Source: a virus
Lineage: Duplodnaviria; Heunggongvirae; Uroviricota; Caudoviricetes
Direction: 5' to 3' (one strand)
DNA length: 49,389 nt
Virus record (IMG/VR): IMGVR_UViG_2851966386_000003
Location: 1-49,389 of that record
Shown here: positions 37,849-47,839 of the stretch, piece by piece
Layout: every line of letters starts with the position of its first letter
Numbering within the stretch: position 1 is the stretch's first letter
The notes under the pieces: model-generated
What the model was told of the DNA's origin: nothing
Database searches by the model: none
What the model saw: only the letters and a program-made list of their open reading frames with translations
Position numbers and translations under genes: made by a program

Positions 37849-38322
37849 ATGACTGATATCTACTACCCACATGACAGCCTCCCTATGCCATTACAGGAAG
37901 GATACGGATTTCAGCCTGTAAGCCCGTTAAAACGAACCCAGTTAACCACCGGTCGCGCGAGGCAAAGGCGAGCTTTTACGTCCACGCCGACGCAGGCCAG
38001 CATCACCTGGTTTATGGAAACCGATGCGCAGGGCCTGGCGTTTGAGTCCTGGTTCCGTGATGCGTTATCTGACGGGGCTGCATGGTTCATGATGAAGTTG
38101 CAGACGCCGTCAGGCATTAAGTTTTACAAATGCCGCTTCACAGATATTTATCAGGGACCGGTGCTAGTGCCCCCGATTTACTGGAAGTACACGGCGACGC
38201 TTGAATTATGGGAACGCCCCCTTGCTCCTGCCCCATGGGGTAATTACCCGGAATGGATCGTCGGCAGCTCACTGCTGGATATTGCGCTGAATAAGGAGTG
38301 GCCAAAGCATGACGCAGATTAA
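37849..38322 (+). CDS. Minor tail protein (gpM-like)
   Basis: Position after tape measure; loose motif resemblance to lambda M. Confidence 0.5.
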   Translation: MTDIYYPHDSLPMPLQEGYGFQPVSPLKRTQLTTGRARQRRAFTSTPTQASITWFMETDAQGLAFESWFRDALSDGAAWFMMKLQTPSGIKFYKCRFTDIYQGPVLVPPIYWKYTATLELWERPLAPAPWGNYPEWIVGSSLLDIALNKEWPKHDAD

Positions 38323-38791
38323 ACGCCTCTACGCCAGCAGCGGGCCGGAGGTGATCATTGAGACGCTGCAGATCACCATTGGCTCTGATGTTCACTACCT
38401 TTGCCAGGGTTACGACAACATCACGGCGACGACGGAGAACGGCGATACCGTAACGTTTTCAGCCTGTGCGATAGACATTGCGCTGCCGGCACGCAATGCG
38501 GACGGCACGCAGGACCTCAAATTTGCCTTGTGCAATATCGATGGTGTTGTGTCCACGGCGATCCGCAATGCGCTGGCTAACCGTCTGTCTGCATTTCTGA
38601 CGTACCGGCGTTATATCTCCACGGATTTAGCGGCCCCTGCGGAAGTGCCGTATACGCTGAAAATCAAGTCGGGCTCCTGGACGGCGACAGAGGTGCAGAT
38701 CACTGCGGGCTACATGCATATCCTCGATACCGCCTGGCCGCGATACCGCTACACGCTCCCTGTATTCCCCGGACTGCGTTATATCAGCTAA
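38309..38791 (+). CDS. Minor tail protein (gpL-like)
   Basis: Position. Confidence 0.5.
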   Translation: MTQIKRLYASSGPEVIIETLQITIGSDVHYLCQGYDNITATTENGDTVTFSACAIDIALPARNADGTQDLKFALCNIDGVVSTAIRNALANRLSAFLTYRRYISTDLAAPAEVPYTLKIKSGSWTATEVQITAGYMHILDTAWPRYRYTLPVFPGLRYIS

Positions 38792-38800
38792 GGAATCCCA

Positions 38801-39181
38801 ATGTTTAACCCTGATAAATACCGTTCAGTCACCTGGCTGAAGGGCGGGCGCGTATACCCGCAACTCGACTGTTTCGGCATTGTGAACGAGATACGCCGCG
38901 ATCTGAATTTACCCGTCTGGCCCGATTTTGCAGGGGTAACCAAAGACGACGGCGGCCTCGACCGGGAAGCACGCCGGATGATGCTTACCCTTGAGCGCTG
39001 CGAACCCTGCGAAGGGGCCGGGGTGGCCTGTTATTCCGGGTCGACTGTCACCCACGTAGGGATCGTGGTCAGTATCGATGGTCTGTTGCATGTGGCGGAA
39101 TGCAACCCAGGCACGAACGTCACCTTTCTGCCGTTGCCGCGATTTAAGCGGCGCTTTGTTCGCGTGGAGTTCTGGCAATGA
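38801..39181 (+). CDS. NlpC/P60-like tail-associated peptidase (gpK-like)
   Basis: Conserved Cys (LDCFGIV) and His (VTHVGIV) spaced as in NlpC/P60 peptidases; position before tip gene. Confidence 0.5.
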   Translation: MFNPDKYRSVTWLKGGRVYPQLDCFGIVNEIRRDLNLPVWPDFAGVTKDDGGLDREARRMMLTLERCEPCEGAGVACYSGSTVTHVGIVVSIDGLLHVAECNPGTNVTFLPLPRFKRRFVRVEFWQ

Positions 39182-42100
39182 CCATTCGTTTTTATCCTTC
39201 CCGGCTTCCCGGAGAACCACTTGAAACGCATGAGCATGGTGTTACGAGCATTCGCAGCTGGCTGGTTACCAATGTCGAAAACTATACCGACCGGGATGTC
39301 CCACCGCTGACCGTTGAGGTTGAGGGTAAGTCAATTCCGCCAGGTGAGTGGGCCACCTGCGTGATTCGCCCTGATAGTGATGTCAGGCTTTATCCGGTTC
39401 CATTCGGGCTGGAGGCCGCCACAATCGCGTGGATCGGTATCGGTATCTCCGTTGCCGCTGCAGCCTATTCGCTTGTTTTGATGAGCACCATTGATACGGG
39501 CGGCTATACCTCATCCACAGGGCGGAGTCTCGACCTGAACCCGGCGCGGGCCAACACCGCAAAACTCGGTGATGCCATTCGTGAGGTGTTTGGCCGGGTG
39601 CGTATCTACCCAGATTATGTGGTGCAGCCGGTTACCCGGTTTGATGCCGCCGATCCTACGAAAATGCGCGTCCAGATGCTGCTATGCCTAGGTGTCGGTG
39701 ATCTGATTTATACCAATGGCGATATCCGGGTAGGCAGCACTCCTGCATCGACGCTGCCGGGTTTCAGCAGCATCCATTACCCGCCAGGAGCGGACGTTTC
39801 CGGTGATGAGCGCAGTGAAAACTGGGTCAACAGTACGGAGGTCGGAGGGACATCATCCGGTACCGGACTGGATATGGCCCAGACGTCGCCGGACGCAGAC
39901 GACATTATCGCAGACAGCATGACCGTCTCCGGATCGAGCGTGACGTTTACCGGGCTGGATACGGATGATGATGACGATAATGACGAGAACGATAACGCGC
40001 TGCCGCCCAGCTGGGTCGCTGGCGCCGTGGTCGAACTGAAAGCCCCGGCGAACTACCAGATCACCACGGCGGCCGGATACAGTGTTATCGCCAGCCCGCT
40101 GCTGACGGAGATCGCGCCGGTAGTAGGTATGCCGGTAACGCTGGGGTTTAACTCAGTCGATTACGATCTGTTTATCGCGTCATATACTCCTGGTCAGGCT
40201 GCAGTGCCCGGCGCCGGGGGGAGTGCGGCAAAACTCCAGGCCAGTGCGGCCCCGACCACCTACGATTTTTCGACCAACTCCAGCTCGTTCACGATCACCT
40301 GGCAGGGGATTACCTACCCGGTGTCGCTGGTGGCTAACTATGTCTCGATGTCGGGACTGCTGGCGGCCATCACCGAGGGACTCACCGGCTCCGGCCTGGT
40401 TGCGCAGGACAACGGCGGCACCGTACTGATAACCGAGGCGGCCAGTCCGTTCGTTGGTGGGGCGATCACGTCCTCTTCACTGCCTGCAGCTGTTTTCGGT
40501 GATGCCCCGGTTTACACCTCCGGCACGGCATCAACCGGCGGCAGCCCGGCGGTAACGGCGAATGTGACACTCGCCTATAACTCTGCCACGGGAACGGCCT
40601 TTTCCGGCATGCCGGAGGGGGTGCAACGGCTTTCACTTGCTCACCGCGGGAATGAGTACCGGATTGTGTCAGCTGACGGTACAACGGCGACGGTGGCGCG
40701 CCTGGTTTCCGGTGCCGTTGATGAGACATGGCCGGGATTCACAGCCAGGACGATGATCGACTATGAGGCTACTGGTCTTAACGACACGCTGAGCTGGCTG
40801 GGGCCGTTCCTGGTTTGCCCTGAAAATGAGACCGTGGATATGTTCGAGGTGAATTTCTCCTTCCCGAACGGCATCTGTGGCTTTGACAGCAAGGGGAAAA
40901 AGCGGCTTCGGCATGTTGAGTGGGAGATTCAGTATCGCGTCTACGGTTCCGGATCGGGGTGGGTGAGTCACCAGGGAGAGTATGCGCTTAAAAACGTCAA
41001 CGGGCTGGGATTCACTGAGCGGATCACCCTCAGCTCTCCGGGACTGGTAGAGGTTCGCTGTCGCCGGCGCAATGAGCAGGGCTCAAACAACGCCAGGGAT
41101 TCGATGTACTGGCAGGCACTGCGCGGGCGACTGCTGACACGACCTTCATCCTATCCCGGCGTGTCGCTGATGGCGGTGACCGTCGAGACGGGCGGGAAGC
41201 TGGCGGCGCAGTCGGACCGTCGCGTTAACGTTGTGGCCACGCGCGCCTATGACTCAGGAGCGGCCAGAACCATTTCGGGGGCGCTGCTGCATGTCGGGAA
41301 CTCGCTGGGGCTGGAGATGGATGTCGACACCATCAACGCGCTGGAGTCTGCGTACTGGACGCCACGGGGAGAGTATTTCGACTTTGCTACCGGCGACAGT
41401 ATCTCAGCGCTGGAAATGCTGCAGAAGATAGCCAATGCCGGCAAGTCCCGCTTCCTGTTAAGTGATGGCCTGGCGACGGTCAACCGTGAGGGGATTAAGC
41501 CCTGGACTGGCGTGATTACTCCGCATGAGATGGTGGAGGAGCTGCAGAGCGGATTTACCGTACCGTCCGACGATGATTTTGATGGTGTCGACGTGACGTA
41601 CATCAACGGCGTCACCTGGGCAGAGGAGACCGTCAAATGCCGGACGCCTGATAATCCCACGCCGGTGAAAAGCGAGAACTACAGACTCGATGGGGTACTG
41701 AATCAGGATCACGCCTACCAGATCGGCATGCGTCGCCTGATGAAATACCTGCAGCAGCGGGTGACGTTCCAGACCACTACCGAGCTGGACGCGCTGTGCT
41801 ACAACACGGGCGATCGCATCGTGCTCACGGATGATATCCCGGGCAACAACACGATTTCCTGTCTGGTGGAGGCGATGACAACGGCTGGTGGCGTGACAAC
41901 GTTCACCGTTACGGAGCCGCTGGACTGGTCTTTCGAAAATCCCCGAGCGCTGATCCGCTATCAGGATGGCTCGGCATCCGGGCTGATGGTGGCGAGCAGG
42001 GTGGGTGATTTTCAGCTGTCAGTCCCGCACCTGAGCGAGTTTGATGACCCGATGAAGGTTGACCTGTCGTCGGCAACCATCGAGCCGATCCGCCTGGTGT

Positions 42101-42246
42101 TCTGCGGCTCAACGCGCCACGTCTACGACGCCATTGTAGAGGAGATCGCTCCGCAGTCAGACGGAACCTGTCAGGTCACCGCTAAAGAATACCTCGAATC
42201 GTTCTACCAGTACGACGACGCCACATACCCCGGCGACGTCGCGTAA
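39178..42246 (+). CDS. Tail tip / host-specificity protein (gpJ-like) with gpI-like N-terminal region
   Basis: 1022-aa product; N-terminal ~150 aa has a TM-like segment (AATIAWIGIGISVAAAAYSLVLM); last gene before fibre segment. Confidence 0.65.
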   Translation: MTIRFYPSRLPGEPLETHEHGVTSIRSWLVTNVENYTDRDVPPLTVEVEGKSIPPGEWATCVIRPDSDVRLYPVPFGLEAATIAWIGIGISVAAAAYSLVLMSTIDTGGYTSSTGRSLDLNPARANTAKLGDAIREVFGRVRIYPDYVVQPVTRFDAADPTKMRVQMLLCLGVGDLIYTNGDIRVGSTPASTLPGFSSIHYPPGADVSGDERSENWVNSTEVGGTSSGTGLDMAQTSPDADDIIADSMTVSGSSVTFTGLDTDDDDDNDENDNALPPSWVAGAVVELKAPANYQITTAAGYSVIASPLLTEIAPVVGMPVTLGFNSVDYDLFIASYTPGQAAVPGAGGSAAKLQASAAPTTYDFSTNSSSFTITWQGITYPVSLVANYVSMSGLLAAITEGLTGSGLVAQDNGGTVLITEAASPFVGGAITSSSLPAAVFGDAPVYTSGTASTGGSPAVTANVTLAYNSATGTAFSGMPEGVQRLSLAHRGNEYRIVSADGTTATVARLVSGAVDETWPGFTARTMIDYEATGLNDTLSWLGPFLVCPENETVDMFEVNFSFPNGICGFDSKGKKRLRHVEWEIQYRVYGSGSGWVSHQGEYALKNVNGLGFTERITLSSPGLVEVRCRRRNEQGSNNARDSMYWQALRGRLLTRPSSYPGVSLMAVTVETGGKLAAQSDRRVNVVATRAYDSGAARTISGALLHVGNSLGLEMDVDTINALESAYWTPRGEYFDFATGDSISALEMLQKIANAGKSRFLLSDGLATVNREGIKPWTGVITPHEMVEELQSGFTVPSDDDFDGVDVTYINGVTWAEETVKCRTPDNPTPVKSENYRLDGVLNQDHAYQIGMRRLMKYLQQRVTFQTTTELDALCYNTGDRIVLTDDIPGNNTISCLVEAMTTAGGVTTFTVTEPLDWSFENPRALIRYQDGSASGLMVASRVGDFQLSVPHLSEFDDPMKVDLSSATIEPIRLVFCGSTRHVYDAIVEEIAPQSDGTCQVTAKEYLESFYQYDDATYPGDVA

Positions 42247-42275
42247 TACCCCATAACAACCCCTAATTAACTCTT

Positions 42276-42301
42276 TTCGCTCAAACCCTCGTTTGGGCGA
42301 A
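42276..42301. promoter_or_regulatory. Candidate invertase recombination site (left), 26-bp imperfect palindrome
   Basis: TTCGCTCAAACC-CT-CGTTTGGGCGAA; inverted copy at 47771-47796; within ~58-bp inverted repeat 42271-42329. Confidence 0.6.
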
Positions 42302-42323
42302 GCCTCTTTTTGGAGCAAAAAAC

Positions 42324-44075
42324 ATGGCCTTTAACCCGGAGCTGGGGAGCACGTCTCCCGCTGTGTTGCTCGATAACGCCGAGCGTCTGGATAAGCTGGT
42401 CAATGGGCCCGAGCTGACTGAGCCGGATCGCGCTGGCGTTGAGCTGGATACCTGGCGCGGAATGATGGCGAAAAATGATCAGGTTACTGAAGACGCCCGC
42501 AAAAGTATTACTGCGCTGGGATTACCCTATTCGACATTATCGGAAGCACAGGCAGCCGTGAACAACGGTCAGATACCGGTGGACTCAGTTTGCTATGTCC
42601 GCAGCACTGACGACGCAGTAGCAATTGAGTATTTAAACGAAGCCGGAACACTGGTACCCACCGGGAATGTGTTGCCCTCAGAAGAAACCATCGACAAAAA
42701 ACTCAATCAGCGACTCGTCCCGGGTCAATACCTGTCGACATGGTTTCCTGTTTTTTTCGATCGAAACAGAAATGTTTACGCGTGGTTTGATGGTGGACGT
42801 TGGGACGTTGCTGATTTTGGCGCTAATGCACGAACAATCATTGAATCAGTACCTAACGCCTGGGCACAAAAATTTCTCCCCCAGGGAGACTACTCTCCAA
42901 ATTACTTTCCGTTTGTTCACGACAGAAATGGAAATGTTTATGCATGGTTCCATAACGGTATGTATGACGGTTATGGATTTGGGCCAAATATTGAAAAATA
43001 TATCTTAAATCTTGTCGGTGGGGCTTCTGCACAATCAGACAGTTCATTTATTGAAGGAGACCAGTATAAGTTCAACTTTAAAAAAGGTCGTGTTTTCAGT
43101 GGGCAGGCAGCGAGTGTTAACACTGCATTTTTTGGTGACTCATGGAACGAAAAAAACACGATCCCACAATCATTAATTAATGTTCTGGGAGGAATGTTTA
43201 AAGACCCGGCCTGGATAAGTTGCTCTAACCGCGCTGATGGTGTCATGGCTGGCATATCGCCTGTCGTTGCAACAAACTTTACGAAATATGATGGAGGGAG
43301 TAATAACACGAACCCGCCACCGTATGGATGCGGACCTGATGGGAATGGGTATTACAATAACAATACTGTTGGGTCTCTGGCCTGGACCGGTATTACAGCA
43401 ACCGACCTTTCAGTTTTCTATTATGATGGTTCCGGTTCGTTTACCATCACAATTGATGGCGGCACACCTGTAACAGTCAATGGTGCGAACACCGGAGCAG
43501 CTAAAAAGCACGATATCAGTGGGCTATCCGCAACAGCCCATAGCGTAACGATTCAGAGCCTGGGAAGTGGGGTTGTATCCATTTTGGGGATGTATGGAAA
43601 GAACAGCGCTGTGCGTTCCGGCGTAACGGTTTCAAGGATGGGGAATGGCGGGGCTATAGGAAGTGATTTCTTTAATTTTTCTGAGTGGATCAAACCTGTT
43701 GCACAGTATCTCGATATTGATTTGTTGTTCGTCATCCTTGGTACAAACGATTTCAGGTTAAGCAAGGGGACGACGCAATATAGAAATGGACTGGTGGAAA
43801 TAATTACAAAGTTTCGGGAAGCTACGCCCGGCATCTGTATTTGCCTGGTGTCACCGGGTCACTGTAATGCAACTGGTACTCCAGCTCTGTCAGAGTACGA
43901 TGCTGTCATGCGTGAACTGGCTGTTGAGTATAACGTCAACTTCATTAGTGGATATCAGCTATTCCCGAAAACGTACGATAACAGCAATGGGGCCTGGGAG
44001 GATGGTTTGCACCTGAGCTCTCTTGGCGCATATATATTGACAAATAAAATCAAAAAAGAATTTTTTCAGGAGTAA
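42324..44075 (+). CDS. Tail fibre/spike protein 1 with C-terminal SGNH/GDSL hydrolase domain
   Basis: N-terminal ~110 aa paralogous to fibre 2; SGNH blocks FFGDSW, ILGTNDF, DGLHLS. Confidence 0.7.
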   Translation: MAFNPELGSTSPAVLLDNAERLDKLVNGPELTEPDRAGVELDTWRGMMAKNDQVTEDARKSITALGLPYSTLSEAQAAVNNGQIPVDSVCYVRSTDDAVAIEYLNEAGTLVPTGNVLPSEETIDKKLNQRLVPGQYLSTWFPVFFDRNRNVYAWFDGGRWDVADFGANARTIIESVPNAWAQKFLPQGDYSPNYFPFVHDRNGNVYAWFHNGMYDGYGFGPNIEKYILNLVGGASAQSDSSFIEGDQYKFNFKKGRVFSGQAASVNTAFFGDSWNEKNTIPQSLINVLGGMFKDPAWISCSNRADGVMAGISPVVATNFTKYDGGSNNTNPPPYGCGPDGNGYYNNNTVGSLAWTGITATDLSVFYYDGSGSFTITIDGGTPVTVNGANTGAAKKHDISGLSATAHSVTIQSLGSGVVSILGMYGKNSAVRSGVTVSRMGNGGAIGSDFFNFSEWIKPVAQYLDIDLLFVILGTNDFRLSKGTTQYRNGLVEIITKFREATPGICICLVSPGHCNATGTPALSEYDAVMRELAVEYNVNFISGYQLFPKTYDNSNGAWEDGLHLSSLGAYILTNKIKKEFFQE

Positions 44076-44077
44076 TT

Positions 44078-44836
44078 ATGCCTATTACAGCCATTTTACT
44101 TGATATGAACGGTCCCGTCATACCGGGGATGAAAACCCTTGATGACTTTACTATTTCAAACTGGTTCATCGGGCTCCCGGATGTCAGTGCAACACCGTTC
44201 GCTGGTTATTATTTTGGAGAGCCAGCGCCTGATATCACTTATAACTCCTATAACAAAAACGCTCCGGCCGTCATCAATGGTTCTCTGAATAATGCTGACG
44301 GTTATATCTCTGTTAACAATACTGACTTTCTGGATACAAGTCAGAAAGCACCTCTGACGCTGACAATCTGTGGTGTGGCTAAACGGAATGCCGGCGGGGC
44401 CTCGCTGAATGCCCATATGATCGCAGATTTTTCAGGAAGCGGTTCAGCAGCGAGTGGCTTCTCAATTGGCTTCACGAACGGGACCGGGAATCTCTTTTGT
44501 GTAGGCCAGAATAACGGTCAGTCCTCCGCAGGGTATGCCTATGCAGCATTCCCGGCATCAATTGCCGTAGGTGATCTGTTCGCGTTTGCTGCCTCGATAA
44601 CCCAGGGGACAGTAACCATTGATATTTACAACCCGCAGACCGGGGCACTGATATCATCATCAGCCGCTTTCCCTGGTACCCGAGTGGCCGGGACAAATAA
44701 CGTCCTGCTGGGGAGGAAAACTGATAATAACAACGAAACAACGACCAAGTATATCAAGTCGGTTTTGTTGATGGAGGGCGTGCTTACTTCAGCAGAGAAG
44801 GTTTCTGTTTCGCAGTTCTTATTGTCGATGGAATAA
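44078..44836 (+). CDS. Fibre-associated protein co-transcribed with fibre 1
   Basis: 252-aa ORF 2 nt after fibre 1 stop; AGGAG SD. Confidence 0.45.
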   Translation: MPITAILLDMNGPVIPGMKTLDDFTISNWFIGLPDVSATPFAGYYFGEPAPDITYNSYNKNAPAVINGSLNNADGYISVNNTDFLDTSQKAPLTLTICGVAKRNAGGASLNAHMIADFSGSGSAASGFSIGFTNGTGNLFCVGQNNGQSSAGYAYAAFPASIAVGDLFAFAASITQGTVTIDIYNPQTGALISSSAAFPGTRVAGTNNVLLGRKTDNNNETTTKYIKSVLLMEGVLTSAEKVSVSQFLLSME

Positions 44837-44875
44837 AAAATCCCCTGAGATAAAACACTCAGGGGATTTATTTCA
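44837..44875. terminator. Bidirectional terminator between convergent fibre operons
   Basis: tcccctgag ataaaaca ctcagggga flanked by A-run upstream and T-run downstream. Confidence 0.65.
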
Positions 44876-44880
44876 TGACA

Positions 44881-45201
44881 TCATTGAAGTATACATTTTT
44901 CTCGTACAGAGCTCTTTATGGTGATTTGTTGAGAAAATTCTGGCATTTCCATAATCTGTATTTCAGCCTGCTCTGCCCATGATTTTGATGATGAGGTATC
45001 CAGCGAAATAGGGTAATCACCTACGATGACCTTTGCATTGTCATCATAACGCACTGACAATGTTGCTTTTACCTGACCAGTGTCATCCTGACGGACGCTT
45101 TCAACTGCATAAATTAAATCTATTTCAACATCCTTGTCGCAGAGATATCCACCGAGATAATGAATCTGGACTGTTTTTAATACTGACAATTTAAATGACA
45201 T
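44881..45201 (-). CDS. Fibre-associated protein co-transcribed with fibre 2
   Basis: 106-aa ORF starting 10 nt after fibre 2 stop; AAGGAA SD. Confidence 0.45.
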   Translation of the reverse strand: MSFKLSVLKTVQIHYLGGYLCDKDVEIDLIYAVESVRQDDTGQVKATLSVRYDDNAKVIVGDYPISLDTSSSKSWAEQAEIQIMEMPEFSQQITIKSSVREKCILQ

Positions 45202-45210
45202 AATGATTCC

Positions 45211-47748
45211 TTACGCAGGTAAGTAGTATTTTTCGCCGTAAATAAGCTTGCACAGACTGAATGCCGCTGCATCTGCGCCAGCCTTGTAACTGACGGTATA
45301 GCCGAGGTCATTCGGGTGGTTGAAATTAGGTGAGTTGAAAAGGGCTGACCATCCGTGTACCTCCACTCCCTGTTTGAACCAGGGGATTTCAGCTTCCAGT
45401 ACAAATGCGGATTTCTTCCGTGCTGTGGCTCGCGCCATGCTGTTATAGAGGCCAAACCGCACATCACCAACAACTTCAATACCACTCCCTGACCAGTCGG
45501 ACTCCACAAATGACCGTGACGGCGGCGGATCGAGTACTTCCTCAATAATGCTGTCCAGATTAATTTGCTGAATAGTGGTATTGATCAGGTCAGAGACCGG
45601 AATATTTTCTGCCACAGTAATAGTGTTACGATCAGCAGAAATGCCGGTAATTGTGTAGTCGCCTGCATTGCTGCCACCGACCCGAAGGATATGGCCTGGA
45701 CGGAGAATCTGGCCGCCCCAGCTGGTCGCTGCATTTCCTGTATCATATGAGAAAGCAGTACTAGAGATAGTATTACTGGCTGAATCAAACGTGAAGTTGC
45801 CCGTAACATTGAAAGTCCTCACAGGCCAGACAACGTTAAGGTTTCCCAGGGTAATGTTTTTGACGGTATTATGTTCAACATTGTTATGCGGCGTGGTACA
45901 AACAATCACGATCGCACCTTTTGCCGTGCACATATCAATAATGTTCTCAAGCTCTGCCTGCTGACGAGGGAAGGTCCTTCCACGATTAAAGTTCCCCACC
46001 GGAGCATCATTCATCCCCCCTACAATCAGAACGAAATCAGGCCAGTCGTCAGGGTTTTCACTGGTGAAATACGGTGAGTTTTGTAGCTGTGCTGGAAACT
46101 GCTGTAATGCCTGGCCAATTACGCACTGATTGTCGTCGATAAACTCAAATTCCCCATACGGTGATAAATATTTTTTCATCGCCTCAATAAATAGCGTATT
46201 CGGCGCAAAAGGCGCCCCCGGAACCCCGCCACCTGTTGAGCCTGCAGCTAATCCTACCGACGAACCCGTTGAAGTAAAAATAAGCCGTTTTTTTGTGACT
46301 GTTCTTACGCCATTACTAAACGAAATTTTACCAAATGGCGAAGTGTCGGCCGCTGTACCATCACCAATGAGTTTTTTGCGCAATTTAATATAGGGGTCAG
46401 TGACAGCACCCTGCAGAGTGGTGACATCGCTTTTGAGGTTCAGAATGTCTGTGGTCGGATCGCCTGAGAGCAAAAGTTTGAAATTGTTAACGGGAGAACC
46501 ACGATACTGAACCGTAACAGGTTTCGCTGCCTGCAGTTCGCCGCCCGTAAGCGCTGTGTTCGCCCCCTTCAGCAGATTGCGCGTTACCGAATTTCCGTAC
46601 AGGTCAGTTATAACAAGCGTCGTTGCGCCGGTATTAGCCACCACGGGTTCAAATGTTATCTGAGTACCGTCACCAAGCAGCCCGGGTATGGTTACGGACA
46701 CAGCGTTAGGGCTTGAGGAGTCACTTGTTACCGTCCCTTTGGTATACGCATTGAGAACCCGTGCCCTGTCACCTGGGTAGGTCAGCAAACGAAAATCACT
46801 GGCGGCCGCATTATACATGAGCAGATACGGGTATCCTGAGACAAGGTCTCCGACAGCCAGAGCAGTACCGCCAGCCTGTTTAATCGTACGTGCCGTCCAA
46901 CCGTTCAGCGACAGCGTCGGTGTTCTCGTGGTATTGGTTGCGCTGGGTGTAAAAACAAACGCGCGACCAGTGACCAGAACCTGTGATGATGTGGTGTTGG
47001 CAGTGTTTCCTGTATACGCGTCCGATGTCATTGTTACTGCCGAAACAATCGCAACGGAGTTCAACTCAACATTCAGCAGGCGTGCATTCAGCTCTGCCGC
47101 CACTGGGCCGGATGCGACAAGGACGAAATTGTTGGCGGTTCCTGTGCGGAACTCCATCAGTACCGGTTGATTCAGCAAAAGCTCATTACCAGCGAGCGCT
47201 GCGAAATTTTGTTTCTGGATTGCGCGAGTAACGGTATTCCCCTTCGCGTCTGTCACGGTCACACTGACCGCGCCGGTATTCAGGATGGGGGAAAGGAAAT
47301 AAATAAGACTGCTATCAACCAGCAGACCGGGAATAGTGATAGCGATAGTATTTGCCGCATTGCTGCTGACTGCCGTTGCAGCCTGATAGCCAGTTGGTAA
47401 CGCAGACAGCATTTTTCTCCCAGTGGCAACCAGCATACCGCCAACATTCATATACTCAATAGCCAGATATGCGTCATCAGGGCTACGCACATAGGTGCTG
47501 CTGCCTTCTGGAATATTCGCGATATCCGCCTGCGCCGCCGCCAGCGTCTGATACTGCTTACTGAGCGGGATCAGGTTCTGCCTGACCTCATCGTTTTTCG
47601 CCATCATCTGGCGCCAGGTATCGAGCGGTTCACCGCCGCGGTCGTTAACCGTACCTGCCGGACCGTTAACCAGCTCGTCAGCGCGCTTGACGTTATCCAG
47701 GAAAATTTCAGGCGTCGTCGTTCCCAAAGGCGGGTTAAGTTCGGCCAT
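45211..47748 (-). CDS. Tail fibre/spike protein 2 (alternative fibre)
   Basis: N-terminal ~110 aa paralogous to fibre 1 (MAELNPPLGTTTPEIFLDNVKRADELVNGP... vs MAFNPELGSTSPAVLLDNAERLDKLVNGP...); unrelated C-terminus; 5' UTR is inverted copy of fibre 1 5' UTR. Confidence 0.65.
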   Translation of the reverse strand: MAELNPPLGTTTPEIFLDNVKRADELVNGPAGTVNDRGGEPLDTWRQMMAKNDEVRQNLIPLSKQYQTLAAAQADIANIPEGSSTYVRSPDDAYLAIEYMNVGGMLVATGRKMLSALPTGYQAATAVSSNAANTIAITIPGLLVDSSLIYFLSPILNTGAVSVTVTDAKGNTVTRAIQKQNFAALAGNELLLNQPVLMEFRTGTANNFVLVASGPVAAELNARLLNVELNSVAIVSAVTMTSDAYTGNTANTTSSQVLVTGRAFVFTPSATNTTRTPTLSLNGWTARTIKQAGGTALAVGDLVSGYPYLLMYNAAASDFRLLTYPGDRARVLNAYTKGTVTSDSSSPNAVSVTIPGLLGDGTQITFEPVVANTGATTLVITDLYGNSVTRNLLKGANTALTGGELQAAKPVTVQYRGSPVNNFKLLLSGDPTTDILNLKSDVTTLQGAVTDPYIKLRKKLIGDGTAADTSPFGKISFSNGVRTVTKKRLIFTSTGSSVGLAAGSTGGGVPGAPFAPNTLFIEAMKKYLSPYGEFEFIDDNQCVIGQALQQFPAQLQNSPYFTSENPDDWPDFVLIVGGMNDAPVGNFNRGRTFPRQQAELENIIDMCTAKGAIVIVCTTPHNNVEHNTVKNITLGNLNVVWPVRTFNVTGNFTFDSASNTISSTAFSYDTGNAATSWGGQILRPGHILRVGGSNAGDYTITGISADRNTITVAENIPVSDLINTTIQQINLDSIIEEVLDPPPSRSFVESDWSGSGIEVVGDVRFGLYNSMARATARKKSAFVLEAEIPWFKQGVEVHGWSALFNSPNFNHPNDLGYTVSYKAGADAAAFSLCKLIYGEKYYLPA

Positions 47749-47770
47749 GTTTTTTGCTCCAAAAAGAGGC

Positions 47771-47796
47771 TTCGCGCAAACGAGGGTTTGAGCGAA
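47771..47796. promoter_or_regulatory. Candidate invertase recombination site (right), inverted copy
   Basis: ttcgcgcaaacg-ag-ggtttgagcgaa, reverse complement of left site with one substitution. Confidence 0.6.
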
Positions 47797-47839
47797 AGAG
47801 CGGAGCTTTTTACAATCAGTTATTTCAAGGAGTTAGATA

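Larger units (their letters stand above)
42276..47796. mobile_element. Candidate invertible segment carrying two alternative tail-fibre operons
   Basis: Inverted repeats at both ends, convergent fibre operons inside, serine invertase just outside right repeat. Confidence 0.6.
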
